A stretch of DNA of 61,400 bases, the filler included, from Sphacelaria rigidula (lineage: Eukaryota), in the NCBI GenBank assembly GCA_964200075.2. It is 8 parts of 8 records of this genome, joined end to end, with 100 filler letters (N's around TTAATTAATTAA, not from the genome) between each part and the next. Parts side by side here need not be neighbours in the genome. Positions count along the whole stretch, not along the records: positions 1 to 7,589 come from CAXNAA020014199.1; positions 7,690 to 15,277 come from CAXNAA020014200.1; 6 more parts are not named here. One strand, 5' to 3'. How positions within the stretch are numbered: position 1 is the first letter of the stretch; the number at the start of each line of letters is the position of its first letter. The position numbers and the translations under genes were made by a program. This document shows, piece by piece, positions 1 to 12,000 of the stretch. Below the pieces are notes generated by a model. It was not told the DNA's origin, searched no databases, and worked only from the letters and a program-made list of their open reading frames with translations.

Positions 1-339
1 GGGCAATCAGGTCGAAGAAATCGTGAATTTGGTGATTTTGAGTCGTGATGATTTGTCCTGACCGTGAAACCTTCGCTGTCACTATCCATTTCCTCGTGTG
101 TTCAGCTAGTGCCTTCTCTGTTTGCTTCTGGAATCCTTTTTTTGTTTCTGACTTCCCCACGAAATCATCCGTGAATATCAATGCTGACACCATATCTTTA
201 CCCATCTTAACGCCTTCGAACAGACGTTGCGGTTTTAGCGATGAGTTGAGGTGGAACTTCGTACAAGAAATGACCTCGAGTACCCTCCAGCCCCCTTAGT
301 AGCGTCACTCGTACGCGCATGGCGAGGGGTGCGATTTAC

Positions 340-2567
340 CTGCTCGTAGGCCTCGACGGGATCGGGGCAGTCCGGGGCGGGTTCCGTGGGTGATGGGGTT
401 GGATTAGCCTCTCCATCTGGAAGAAGAAAAGTGAAAGACGACGACAAACGGCAGGGAGTCGTGTTCCACTCGAGTCATTTGCGGCCCGTCACTGTCTGCA
501 CTGCTCACGCAGCTGAGGTGAACAGTATAGCACAACCATTGGATACGCGGTACGAAGAGAACAGCGCAAGTCAAGTGTGCGGGTACAGCGCGGGTGAGGG
601 TACTGGACTCGACTACAGATTGCTCTCTTCGCACTATACGTCGTGAATAACCGCCCCGCTTCGGTATATTCCAAAATGATCCTCTCCCAACTGTTTGTGT
701 GTGGAGAACAAGGATCAATTGACCCTTCAACCGCCTGGGTGGGGTCACCTATCTCCCCGTGGAATCTGCACTAGTTACTCTAGAAAAACGGAGGAAAAGA
801 GACGCTACACGACACCCTGGCGGTGAAGGGGGGAGCGAACGACCTTGTTCATCCACGCCTGGCCATCAAAACACACCAACAAATTTGTCACCACGATCTG
901 TCGTGTCGTGAGAAAAACACATAACTTCCGTCTTCCCCCTTCCCTCCCCCCGCCTGCTCCCTGCCGCTCCCTTTGAGGAGGTGGCGGGGGAAAAAAAAGA
1001 AAGTTATCTCACCGGCGGTGATAGCGATATCGGCACAATTCCAGAACTCCTCGGGGTAGGCACCGTCCTCTCCGCACGTCTTCAGGCCCAGATCGATCCA
1101 GTCCCTCTTTTCGGGAGCGCACGCGCTCGGCCAGGAGGCAGGGTCGAATTCTTCGTAGCCCACGTGCTTGCATGCGTTGCCCGTGTCTTTCGTTGATTAT
1201 TTCATTCGTTTTTTTCAAGAGGACGAGAGTGCCGGGAAAGACGAAAAGTGAACACATACTACTTTATCATCGGAAATGTTTCGTTTCGACAGCGTGAGCG
1301 TTGCCGGCTGTGCGGCTGGGAGAGGAACCGAGCGAAGGGTCTGGGTGGAGGGGGGTAGGAGGCGTACTCATTTGTTGCTTGCCTTGGTCGTTTGACCATT
1401 GACCACGGATGCCTTCGAGACGGAGCACCGTTCCTACTCCTAATAGACACCTCCAACATTCTGGCGCTCATTACACGTCCTTACACGAAGGCATTTTACA
1501 TATCCAGGGCGGGGGGGGGTGTCGACATGCACAAGATTTCCTTTTCGTCACACTTCCAACCTCTCCCCTCCCTTGGAACGAGTCCACGGCGTTGAAGGAT
1601 CAACCCACCCTCACTACAAGTAGGCCCAAAGAAGTGTACGTACACGAAGATTGAAACTAGATTTTACGTGATTTCCAAGTGAAAAAAATGCAGTGAGAAA
1701 TTGCATGGTTTTGGGCAGGTGAGCAGTGGTGAGCAGTTTTGGTCCAATCAGCGCCTGCGGCGTCGATTTGAGCTCTAGCAACGCACACTTTGCTTAGCAA
1801 ACACTCTGCACCTCCCTTGCCCGAGGGTTCTCGGTATGCCTTGGTCGTGGTTAGGGCCTTTCTTAGCACATTACTTTTCCATCAAAATTGTGCGGTGGAA
1901 AACAAAAAACCCGATCTGATAGGTCGTAATTCCACTAGGGTTAATGTGGAAGAGTTAGCAAAAAAAAATGGCAGTACAAACAAGAAAACGAAAAAAACAG
2001 GTACGCGCAACCGCAGTACTTTTACTCCTACACAGCACAAATCCGTACGTACGGTACAAGGCAAGACAAGACAAGTGATACTGTATCCGCAAACACGTTC
2101 ACACGTCTGCTCGTAAGGAACTAATGCAATCGACAGAAGGACGTACAATACGTAGATACGTACTGTGCATGTGTACGTGCACCACGTACAAGGATGAGAC
2201 CTAGAAATTTTGTCTCAATATTATTTTGTAGTCTGGTGTCTTTATAGCGAAGTGAAGTGTACACGAGGCAAAACTCACAGTAAACCATCTGTAAGATGCA
2301 CCGCTTGCAGATCAGTCCCCTGGGCAGATCGTACGTCATGTGCATTACGTAGCCCTCCGCCGCTTCCTCCGGCTTGTCCTGGACCGTTTCCTTCTCGCGA
2401 CACTCGGGATCCACGTAGTATCGCCCGGGATAGCTTGGGTCGATCGGGCTGTTGACACCATCGCCGGCGGTCCGTGTCAGAGGATTCATATTGAAGCAAC
2501 CCTGCGTAGGCACTCCATCGGGATCCGAGAGATCCTCAGAGTTGCAGAGGAAAAATTCCAGGTGGCC
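340..2567 (-). CDS. Partial lytic polysaccharide monooxygenase (AA15/LPMO_10-like) gene; exons 2279-2567, 1013-1186, 340-416
   Basis: GT-AG exons with compatible phases splice to GHLEFFLC...YDLPRGLICKRCILQMVY|YTGNACKHVGY...YPEEFWNCADIAIT...PTPSPTEPAPDCPDPVEAYEQ. These are the C-terminal motifs of AA15-type LPMOs followed by a P/T linker. The 5' histidine-brace exons were not found, and no further 3' exon was identified. Confidence 0.8.
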
Positions 2568-3640
2568 CTGAAAGAGACAGTGAGAAGCAAAACGAGATAC
2601 GAAAAAACACACACAGCATTACCGAGAAAAAAGAAAAAAAGGGTAAAATATTGATGGTGATGCCGCGATGTCTTCTGATTTATGTACTACGCACGTATCA
2701 GCACCACTTGCACGAGTGAAAAGAGAGAAACACCGTGCGTCACATTGAAGAATAAAAAACTATTGAAAAGTTTTTTCACACGCGTAAGAAGAGGAACACA
2801 TCGCAAGTTCAGAGTTCAGGCGTATACCATCATCAGTGATGCAGGCGGGCATGATACAAGTGGTCGTTTTCGGAACAGTTAGAATGATAGTTGTCGAATG
2901 CCTGGAAAAAAACAAATAAATAGAGCGTTGTACGAGGCACAAAACCCATACAGTAACCGCGGTAAGAACTCATGTATTACGGAATCGACGACTGCGCCCA
3001 CTTCATCACGACTAGTGAAGTCACATCCGGAAATTTTGGACTTCACTTCTTCCGCCACGTCGGAAAACGTCGATAATGCTATTATAATATTTATTTTGTT
3101 GCTTTCGCCTGGCAAGACCTTCACGTTCCCGTGCAACCCCAGCTACGACTGGACAGTGGACCATGTGGGCAAAAAGTGTATTCTGTTGCGCAGGATGTAT
3201 GTGGAATATCTCCTCCCTTCATGAAATAACATATTTGGTGACGTGTGCCAACTGTCACAGACGCGTCCGGTTGCGAATCAACACCCCATCATCTAAAACA
3301 GACCCTTACGGGAGGGATTCATGGGGACTCCCGACTGCTCAACACCGCTGCGAGGAACATGCTCCCACTTTCGCTGCAATGCACGGGATGATCTAAACGA
3401 ACGTACCCATGCATCCACCGCAGTCAGATGCGCAACTGGTCGTGTACGTAGCGAGGGTTGATCGATTGCCAACTCCTTGCGAGGACGCTGGGTGTGTTAC
3501 GGTCAAAGCGCAAGGAACGCGAATGAGCTTGCAACAAGAGAGGAGGAACGAGGGCATGGGCCCGTGACATATGGCGAATGTCGAAGGTTATCCTGTAGAT
3601 GCCAGGTATTGTAGGGGTTGCAAAGGCAGGCCGGCGAGGA

Positions 3641-3692
<52 letters not shown>

Positions 3693-3859
3693 GGGGTGGG
3701 GTTGAGACCCCCGGGAGGGAAAGCAAGCGAAACTTGAAACTTGTACGTGGTCTCAAGGTGTAGCATGTGGTTTGCTCAAGGGCAGATAGTTCCACTACTC
3801 TAGAACCTGACAACCCTCATCATGTCAAGGGAAGAAAGCCAAGCAAGTGTGTCCAGGAA

Positions 3860-3985
3860 CGTGGGGGCGGCGAGGGGGTGTACTCATGATCTTGCATGCC
3901 ATAGTCACATGACCATTGATCTCGCACCCTTACAAAGCTGGGATGGGGCACGCCGGGTTTTCCTCGGACCAGGCTCGGGGGGCGA
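3860..3985 (-). repeat. ~130-bp dispersed repeat (other copies ~10595-10710 and ~15145-15277)
   Basis: All three sites share the blocks 'gactatggcatgcaagat(c/g)atgag' and 'cc(g/a)gcgtgc..c.tccc.gcttt'; this copy is the reverse complement. Confidence 0.7.
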
Positions 3986-4356
3986 AACAAGCACATCCAC
4001 TGGATACCAACGCCTGCGAGCTTCTATTTGAAATCCTTCTGACTCGTCCATACACCGACCGGCATCACTGCAGCATGTACTGGACGCCAGAAGACGGGCA
4101 AGCTCGTATGGCAGAAGAATCGCACAAGACCCGAGACATTCACCATCGTCAGTTGTCAACTTACCCAGTGGTAGGCGCTCATGACAATCTCCATCTTGAT
4201 CACACCGTTCTGGGGGAACGTGGTGAGGATTGGCCAGTCTTTATTAGCTGTGCTGTAAACGTTCGAGCCTTCTGATTCCCTCTGCGAGACAAGAAAAACA
4301 AAGCGCGGACGACGAAGAATGGAGACAGCGTCGAGCATGTCAAGTCAACGGCATAT

Positions 4357-5022
4357 AACAATGTTTTCGTGATATTGAGGGTAGAGGATACGATTGAGAG
4401 TGAAAATCGGTCGAGTAGAGAATAGTGCCGATCGCCCCAGTGGCTCTGTTAGTAACCTCGAAACGTTTTGACGATTGGGTCGTGGGTTCAATTTTCGGAG
4501 CGATCTGGGATTTTTTCTCACACCATGACCAACAGTGGAGAGCGACTATGTCTTGGGTCCCCAAAATTCGACTTGACGGTCGACGAGGGAAAGGGACTGC
4601 TGAACCCCTCTCGCGACAAAAAATGAGGCAAGTACTGCAGAAGGGAGGCGGGATACAACAAATAGAAAAAAAGAAGCTCCCGTGTTGGCCGCCCTCCTGT
4701 GTGACCCCGGCTGGTGCGCCCACATATACCGAAAGGTGTAGATCGGCGTCAAGAATAGATGGCATGACAACACAACACACAGTGAATGAATCGTTTCAAT
4801 TCCGAAATGCCCCTTCACGAGGCCCGATATGCTTCCTGTAGTAGCTCGCCACTGAGGCCCTTGAAATCCCTGAGTAGGACATCGACGTGTAGCTGTAAGC
4901 ACACGCTAGTGATGGAGGCAAAGAAAAGCACACAGGGAATGAAAAAATGACCAAGTTAGAGCGAATGACCCAAGCCACTCTCAATAATCAGCGCTCTACT
5001 CTCAATCTCACGAAAACATTAT
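4357..5022. mobile_element. MITE (family A) interrupted by a SINE insertion
   Basis: Terminal inverted repeats aatgttttcgtgatattgagggtagag / ctctactctcaatctcacgaaaacatt; the body matches the intact copy at 47255-47555. Confidence 0.8.
4427..4782 (+). mobile_element. tRNA-derived SINE (family 1)
   Basis: tRNA-like head (gccgatcgccccagtggctctgttag...gtgggttcaatt), body shared with 9938-10254 and 44898-45269, CA-rich tail. Confidence 0.8.
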
Positions 5023-5594
5023 ATGTCGCCAGTCAGCAGCAGAGTCGATGAGTGTTTGCAATACTCTTGTATACAGTGCAGTCTGTTTCTGCCTCTCCCG
5101 CGATGTAATCGGAGGGCAAACTACAGTCAGCGTTGTATCCATCCGCGAGTTGACAGTAAATAAGGGGGCAGACCTAACCTCGAGGACCTCGAGCTTGATC
5201 ACAAGCTAACTCACGCTAGCTCGAAGTCTGGCTAGTATTCAAGGTCAAATATAATTAGTCCAAGAGAATCTCGCCGGAAGTGCCTATTTTGGCGCGGAAA
5301 CGAGGCTCGGCCGACTCTGCCACCTGGGAAAGAAACCATGGTGTGCTTCTCCGACAAGATTCCGGCGCACTCGGCCGAACTTCCAAATTTTTCCATAACT
5401 CATGAAATGGTGTGATTTTTTCCAAGGTTCTCCCATGACACACACATCGATCCCGGAGAAAATAATGTTTTGTTAGGATTTTCGAGAATTTGTTTGTCAA
5501 GCAAGAAACTCAACGTGGGCGCACGAAATATCGAAAAATTGGGCCCAAGACAGCAAGTACAGCAGCAAGTTTTTCCGAGGTGGCCCAACCCCCA

Positions 5595-6060
5595 ATCCCT
5601 TACGAGCTGGGCCAGCCGAGAAGCGATTCTGCAGTTTGCAGGCCCATTATACGGCCAATACTTGGAGCTGGACCCTGAAATTTGGTATGGACAGTGAGTA
5701 GGGCATAATGAAGAATACTACTGGCGTACACAAGTCTTTTTTTCATGAGCTGGGGGTATTTTACCGATATCTGAAAACTGATTATTGCCCTCAACTCATA
5801 GACGAAAAAAAACCTTGTGTACGAAGGTATGTTTTTATTATGCCCTATTCGTTGCCCATGCCAAATTTCAGGGTCCAACTCCCAGTATGGGCCGTATAAT
5901 GGGCCGTTTAGTGACAGGGTCAGAAGAAATTCGGAACAGCATTTTGCAGGCCATTTACCGGCCCACGTTGGTTGTTTGTGTATTGAAACTTTGTGTGGGG
6001 CGTGGCCAGGGCATAATCAACAAAACAAAGTGGATCAGGTTGATTTTTTCCAATTTTTTC
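5595..6060. mobile_element. Foldback/palindromic repeat element
   Basis: Inverted arms ggcccattatacggccaatact...gaccctgaaatttgg (from 5641) and ccaaatttcagggtcc...gggccgtataatgggcc (to 5905); related sequence at ~15560-15605 and ~37810-38200. Confidence 0.6.
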
Positions 6061-7589
6061 CACTTGTTTAGGGCGTTCTACTATGGTAAGACCATATTTC
6101 ACGAGAACGCCCGAACCTCCATGGAGAAAAAATGGAAGGCCGATTCAATTTTTAGTTCGGCACTCTTTTGTGGTTCTCCACACCAAAATTCGTCGCCGTT
6201 CGCTGAATGCATCGATCGGGAGTTTCGTAGAGGCTGGTTCACGCACATCACCCAAAAAACACTCATCGGCAAAACCTCACGTCGCTGTAAGGAGTTAGAC
6301 CCTGAAAATGTGCACGAATTTTCTGTGGGTAATTACGCAACTTAGCAGGAACGGGGTTTTTCGACTTTTCGACTTTTTCACCGTTTTTCGGGGGTCCCAG
6401 TTTTTTGGGGGAAACCTCGACCCAATCGCACCCCCGTAAAACGGTAACAAAACAAGAAGACCTCATCCATCCAAAGTTGCATAATGTCCCAAAGCACAGT
6501 TGTGCAAAATTTCGGGTTCTAACTCCTAAAAGCGTGGTGAGGTTTTTGGCCTATGTGCGATGAAGTTTGCCCTACCGCGGTGAAACTGCAAACTACTTAA
6601 TTTTAGTACCAAAACGGCGTTTTTGGAGCTTTTTTGACGTGAACGTCGAAATTCCAGCATCAGTTGATCGAGTTCTGCGACGAAAATTTGTGGAGCCCAT
6701 CCTTGGGTTATGCGGAGGCAGATAGTTCGCGAAAAAATTAAAAAAAAATATCGTAGTGCCGTTTTTCTGGGGTCCCAGAATAGAGACTACTTCGAAAAAC
6801 GACTTCGATCCCGTCGGACCCCCGAAGAACGGTGAAAACATCGTCCGTAGAAGGTTTCGTAATGATACGCAGCATTTTTATGCGAAGTTTCACGATATAA
6901 CTCCTAATGACAGCGTGAAAGTTTGCGCGTTGGTGGAGGACGTGGGCTTGAAACGTGCAACTCCTAACTACTTGGTTTTAGTATGGAAACGTCTTTTGGG
7001 GTGAAGTTACCGTCAAGGCAAGAAAAACCGTATGAGGTTTTCGAGTTTCCCCACCAAATTTTGTACATGTGTTCCTTGGACTCTCCCGGGACGCATCATT
7101 TCATTTTTTTTTCAGGCATTTTGTACCGCCTTCCGAGGGTCTTCATGCTGGGATCTCCGGAAGCCGGTAGAGAACGGAGGAAACATGATGTATTGTCAAG
7201 AATACATCTTTTTTCATTTTGAGCATCAATACCTACGGAACTGCCGAGTTCGAGGGCGATCTGAGCTTTTCTACAAGAGATATAGGGGACACCGTCACGA
7301 GGCTACCTGGGTCTTTTGTGCGTATCACTAGTGGAAATTAGACGACGCCAACACCCGACATCACCGAAACATCACGGTTTCGGATATAATACGACCCCGT
7401 AGTAACCGTTTTAAAAATATGATTTTCTCGTTAGGTTCCCGAGTCGATGATGGTTACTACATGGGGCATGTAGAGATTGGGTGAAACTTGGGCTTGGTAT
7501 TCATAATTTAGATCTCGGAACAGTTTGAAGGGTGCTGATTGGCTGAGACACATTTTCGTCCATAGCGCCACCGCTACGGCCCTGAACAA

Positions 7590-7689
7590 NNNNNNNNNNN
7601 NNNNNNNNNNNNNNNNNNNNNNNNNNNNNNNNNTTAATTAATTAANNNNNNNNNNNNNNNNNNNNNNNNNNNNNNNNNNNNNNNNNNNN
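7590..7689. other. Artificial contig linker (also 15278-15377, 22966-23065, 30653-30752, 38340-38439, 46027-46126, 53714-53813)
   Basis: Each is 100 bp of N flanking TTAATTAATTAA (stops in all six frames); they separate segments of 7589, 7588, 7588 and then 7587 bp. Confidence 0.97.
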
Positions 7690-9014
7690 TGTTGCGCTGT
7701 GTGGTAAGCCTTTGCATGTGCCCCTGTCAACCGCACACGTATGTTCCCCTTCGAGGTGTCCGGAAATCCCCTTTTGAGAAAGGGATTTCTGTGCACGTTA
7801 AGGGGATTTTTTGGGGGGGGTGGTATCGCAGCGACCAATCACTAGTCGTTTTCGAAAAGAGGGATTATCCCCTTCGTTGAGAGGGGCCCCTACTTGTTCC
7901 TCTCGATTTTTTCCTTCTTCACTTTTGCCCCCTCCCTTTTCCAGGAGTTTTTTTTCATAGGGTGTGTGCAAGTGAATATGTTCACCTTCAGTGGGTCTTT
8001 CTCCTGGCCTTTGCCGGGTTCGAAGCGAATAAGTTCATTTCCAAAAAAACGATCCATCCATCGATGAATGAATCAAGGTTATCGGAAGTTTTCTCAGTCC
8101 GACGTCTGTGGGTTCAGTTTGATTTGGCAGTTTCAGTTTCAGTTCAAAGCTCTAGCGTTCCTTGCTTTTTTACCATGTAGTTGTGTTGGCCGTTTTTCCA
8201 CTCGAGCTCCCTCCAGGGAGTTTCTGTCTCCCCATCCTGAGACGTTTTTTTTTAACTTGGGTCTTCTCTAGCAATTGTTTCGGCTGTTTGCCTTCTGTAC
8301 ACGCGCTTATCATGTAACCATGCATTAGATGATATCATAAGAGACATGCAGTCGATTCTAAGACTCTGTGGTATCTATCCTGCACACTGGGTTTCCTGTG
8401 TTCTCTGGCGGGTCGTGTGGTGTAGAGCGTTGTGTTGCGTTACATGGCATTGTTCTGTGTACGCGCAGCAGCACTCTAGCCGAGGAGAGTAGAATTTGAC
8501 CACGGGTCTGAGAAGTGGGGCCTATTGTGCGACCGCAGTAGCATGAACAGTACTGGATTGATGAAAACTGTGGGGGGCAAGTAAGAAGCTTCTAGCGAGC
8601 GTAGGATCATGGTTGAAGATGGTAGCATTCATAACCGAGCACCTCTTGTACGTACGTCACGTCGTACCCTACTCTCCCCCTCTCAAGCTCATCACCGCCA
8701 CCCATAATTTGATGTGCTATTGATTGTTAACGCATTGAGCGCCGCAGGCGCTCCCTTAGTGGAATCTACATTATTTTTGAGTCATATTTTAAGTAAACGT
8801 GATGCTGACTTCACAATTGGATTACCTCCGGTGGTCGAAGGGCTGAGCTACATTCCGTTTTTTTAATATTTATCGCAGATCTATCGAGAAAATCAAAACA
8901 GTACTACCTGTTTCCCCCTTCCCTCTCCCCGTGTGGAACCAATAACGAAGAAGCGCACGACGACACGAAACCAACCATCCAAAGCCACCCTTCCCCGAAA
9001 CAAAATAAATACAG

Positions 9015-12000
9015 GAAGAGATTTCGTCATTGAAGCAGACGGCCGAAGCCGCGACGGTGGCGGAGGCCGCAGCCAAAGAAAGACTGTCGCAGGTCACGGC
9101 GAGGCTTCAGGAAGCACGCTCTAGGCTGGTCACCGGCGGTGTGCTCCCAGGCGGCGGCGCTAGTGAGGACGATGGAGGGGTGGAATCTGGCGAATCTCAC
9201 ATGTCTGGTCAGCTTGCTGAGCTTGGCAAGCTGCAGATGGAGCTGCAGGTGGGTCTCTCCGAGTTTCGAGATGTTCGCCACACAGTTGTTGCTGTCTTCA
9301 CATTAAAAGCCGTTCCGATATCTGCGCGGTACATTGGTACAGTAGAATTTCGTTGGTACTGCGCAGTGATGATATAAATACATTTTCAAACGTTCAGCGT
9401 GACATGGCCAACAATCTGTATCTGAGACTGAGCTGGACCCTTCCATGCAATTACAACTGTACTGTAACAGCAAGCGAGAGGAGGAGGGGAAGAGGATGGG
9501 GAGGGGGGGAGGACGCGTCAAATCATCGTCGATTCCAGGGTTGCTGACGAGACTAAATGTAGTTTTCGAGACGCTCGGTATTGGATGCTTCTTGTTTGAC
9601 GATGACCTTGTTCTCATGTTGAATAATGTATGGCTCTTACAAAGGGGATCGTTTTCTGAGTTCCTCGCTTTATCGTGCGCCCCGACGCTATCGTCCAGTG
9701 GGGAGGGGATCCGTACATAAGGAAGGAAGCGATGATCCTATTTGATTGTGTGAAGTCGGGTGATGATTCAATGGCATCAATAGGCAAACTAAGAACACGT
9801 CATTTCAGCAAGGTGCCGTAACGAGATCATCGCACTCGGTCACTCAATTTAAATGTTTCTTCGAAATTGAGTGACCGGGGGGTCCTCTCGGGCGGCCGTG
9901 CGCATCTGCTTCGCAGTGTGTCGTATGTATCATGGTACTGTGTATGTTTGTTGTCGTCCCATCTATTCTGGACGCCGGTCTACACCTGTCGGTATATGTG
10001 GGCGCGCCAGGCGGGGTCACACGGGAGGAAGGTCAACTCAGGAGTTTTTTTTCTATTTTATTTGTTTCACTTTTCCACCTCCCTTCTGCGGTGCTTGCCT
10101 TTTTATTCCTTAACGCGAAAGGGGTTCAGCAGTCCCATTCCCTCGTCGACCGGTGAGTCGGCTTTTGTGTACCCACGACATGGGTGCTCTCCACTGTTGG
10201 GCATTGTTTGAGGGAAAAAATCCCAGATCGCTCCGAGCCACCGGAATAACCGGCCTTGGACATTACGTGGTGTAGCGGCCATACGAAGGTGTTCGAACAG
10301 GGCTCAATACCCTGCCGAACCACACCGGAGTATCCCGGACACATCCCCGGTGTGGTTTATGGTTTGGTCTACCCACCAAAAATCCACCACCTCCGGGCAT
10401 ATCTGACAGAACGCAACCTTTCACTGCTGAGAAGATCTAAGAAGGAATCACACATGGGCTTCTCGAGTGTTCTGGACAATTGGCTCCCTGACCCAAGCCG
10501 AGTCGTGATCTCATCAGACTCCTAGAGCAAGAGGCGATTATATGTAGCACTCCCCCCTCCCCCACCGCTCCTTTTTTGGGGGGGGGTGATTGCGAGCCTG
10601 GTTTGGCAAAACCCAGCGTGCTCCGTCCCGGCTTTATACGGATGCGAGGGCATTGGTCGTCAGACTATGGCATGCAAGATCATGAGCACCCCCTCCCCCC
10701 CCCCCCCCCCCCCTGACGTAATTTAGATGCATGAATATCACACAGTGAGGTCGATATCCAATATGGTTGTGTTGATTGATTTGATTGTCGCACATTAACT
10801 GATCCTAGACGGCGTACTGAAGGGAAGCAAAACGGAAACATTCCCTGAAGGAATGTCGACTAAGGAAACTACGAGAGAAGTATACAACTAGGGGAATCAG
10901 AGATCTGGCAAGCTGTTGATTACGGGGGAATGGCCTATCAAAACCCCCTCCATTTCCTCGGGGCGGGTTTGTGGTCTCAGGGGATCACCCCACCCCTCCC
11001 CCCGTACACGCCGTGCATTACAGTATCGATCGCGAGTTGGATTATGACCATTCTCCTGCACCGTGTCGGCTCTCGTCAACGAATCATTTTCGCTTGCGTC
11101 CCCACCGTTTCAACGACGAAGATCAGAGACTTGACAGATGGACTCTAATTTTGAGGCATGTTGCGGAAAATTAATCCACATTTTTTTCCCCTTATGGGGT
11201 CAATTGTACCATTAGAAAATCGGGGCGGGGCGGGTTGTCTGGGGGATGACGGAGTCGTGGAACCACATGAACGCCGGGAAAAAGTGCGCCCTGCACAAAA
11301 ACCCTCATCACGTGGTTTATTTGTTTGTATCGTTGTGCCACTTCAGCAGACTTGACCTTATGATTGTTTTTACTTATCATCAATATTAGTATAATCGCTT
11401 TCATCATCCTTAACGTGTATCTTCATCGTCTCGTCGTTTTTTTTTTATCTCTTTGTTTCCTCATTATTGTGTCGTTGTGTACACGTCAACCGTAGTAACA
11501 GTACATACAGTACATGTGGTACAGACATACAGTACATACGTGTATGACAGTATTGATTTTTTTTCTCGTATCTGTTCTCCCGTCTTTTTCCCGCCGCCTC
11601 TTGCCTCTCATCTGTGGTCGAAAATCCAGGCTACCAAGGCAGAGCTCAAGGCGAAGAGTGAGGCTCTCGCGACTAACGATAGACAACGGGTGCAATACGA
11701 AGCTATAGCCAAGTCGAAGCAGCAACAGCTGGACCAGCTAATGGCGGCGAAGATCAAAATGCAGGAAGACCTGGAGGCCAGGGAGAAGGCTGCGCTCGCC
11801 AAGGCAGCGGCAGCGGAGGGTGAGATGTCGTGATGTGGGTTTGTGTAATCGTTGCTGTGGTTTTGACGATGTGAGTGATGCGGAGATTTATTGGGCTTTT
11901 TCCTCAGGCGTGATCTGCGAGACCGTTGTTTCGTTGACGTCCAAGAGCGAGAAGCGAAGGAATGACATGCCGAAGACTAGAAGGATGATGGTTCGTGCTG

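Noticed and set aside
3424-3813. Poly-proline ORFs
   Set aside because: They arise from a ~48-nt G homopolymer; there is no other coding signal.
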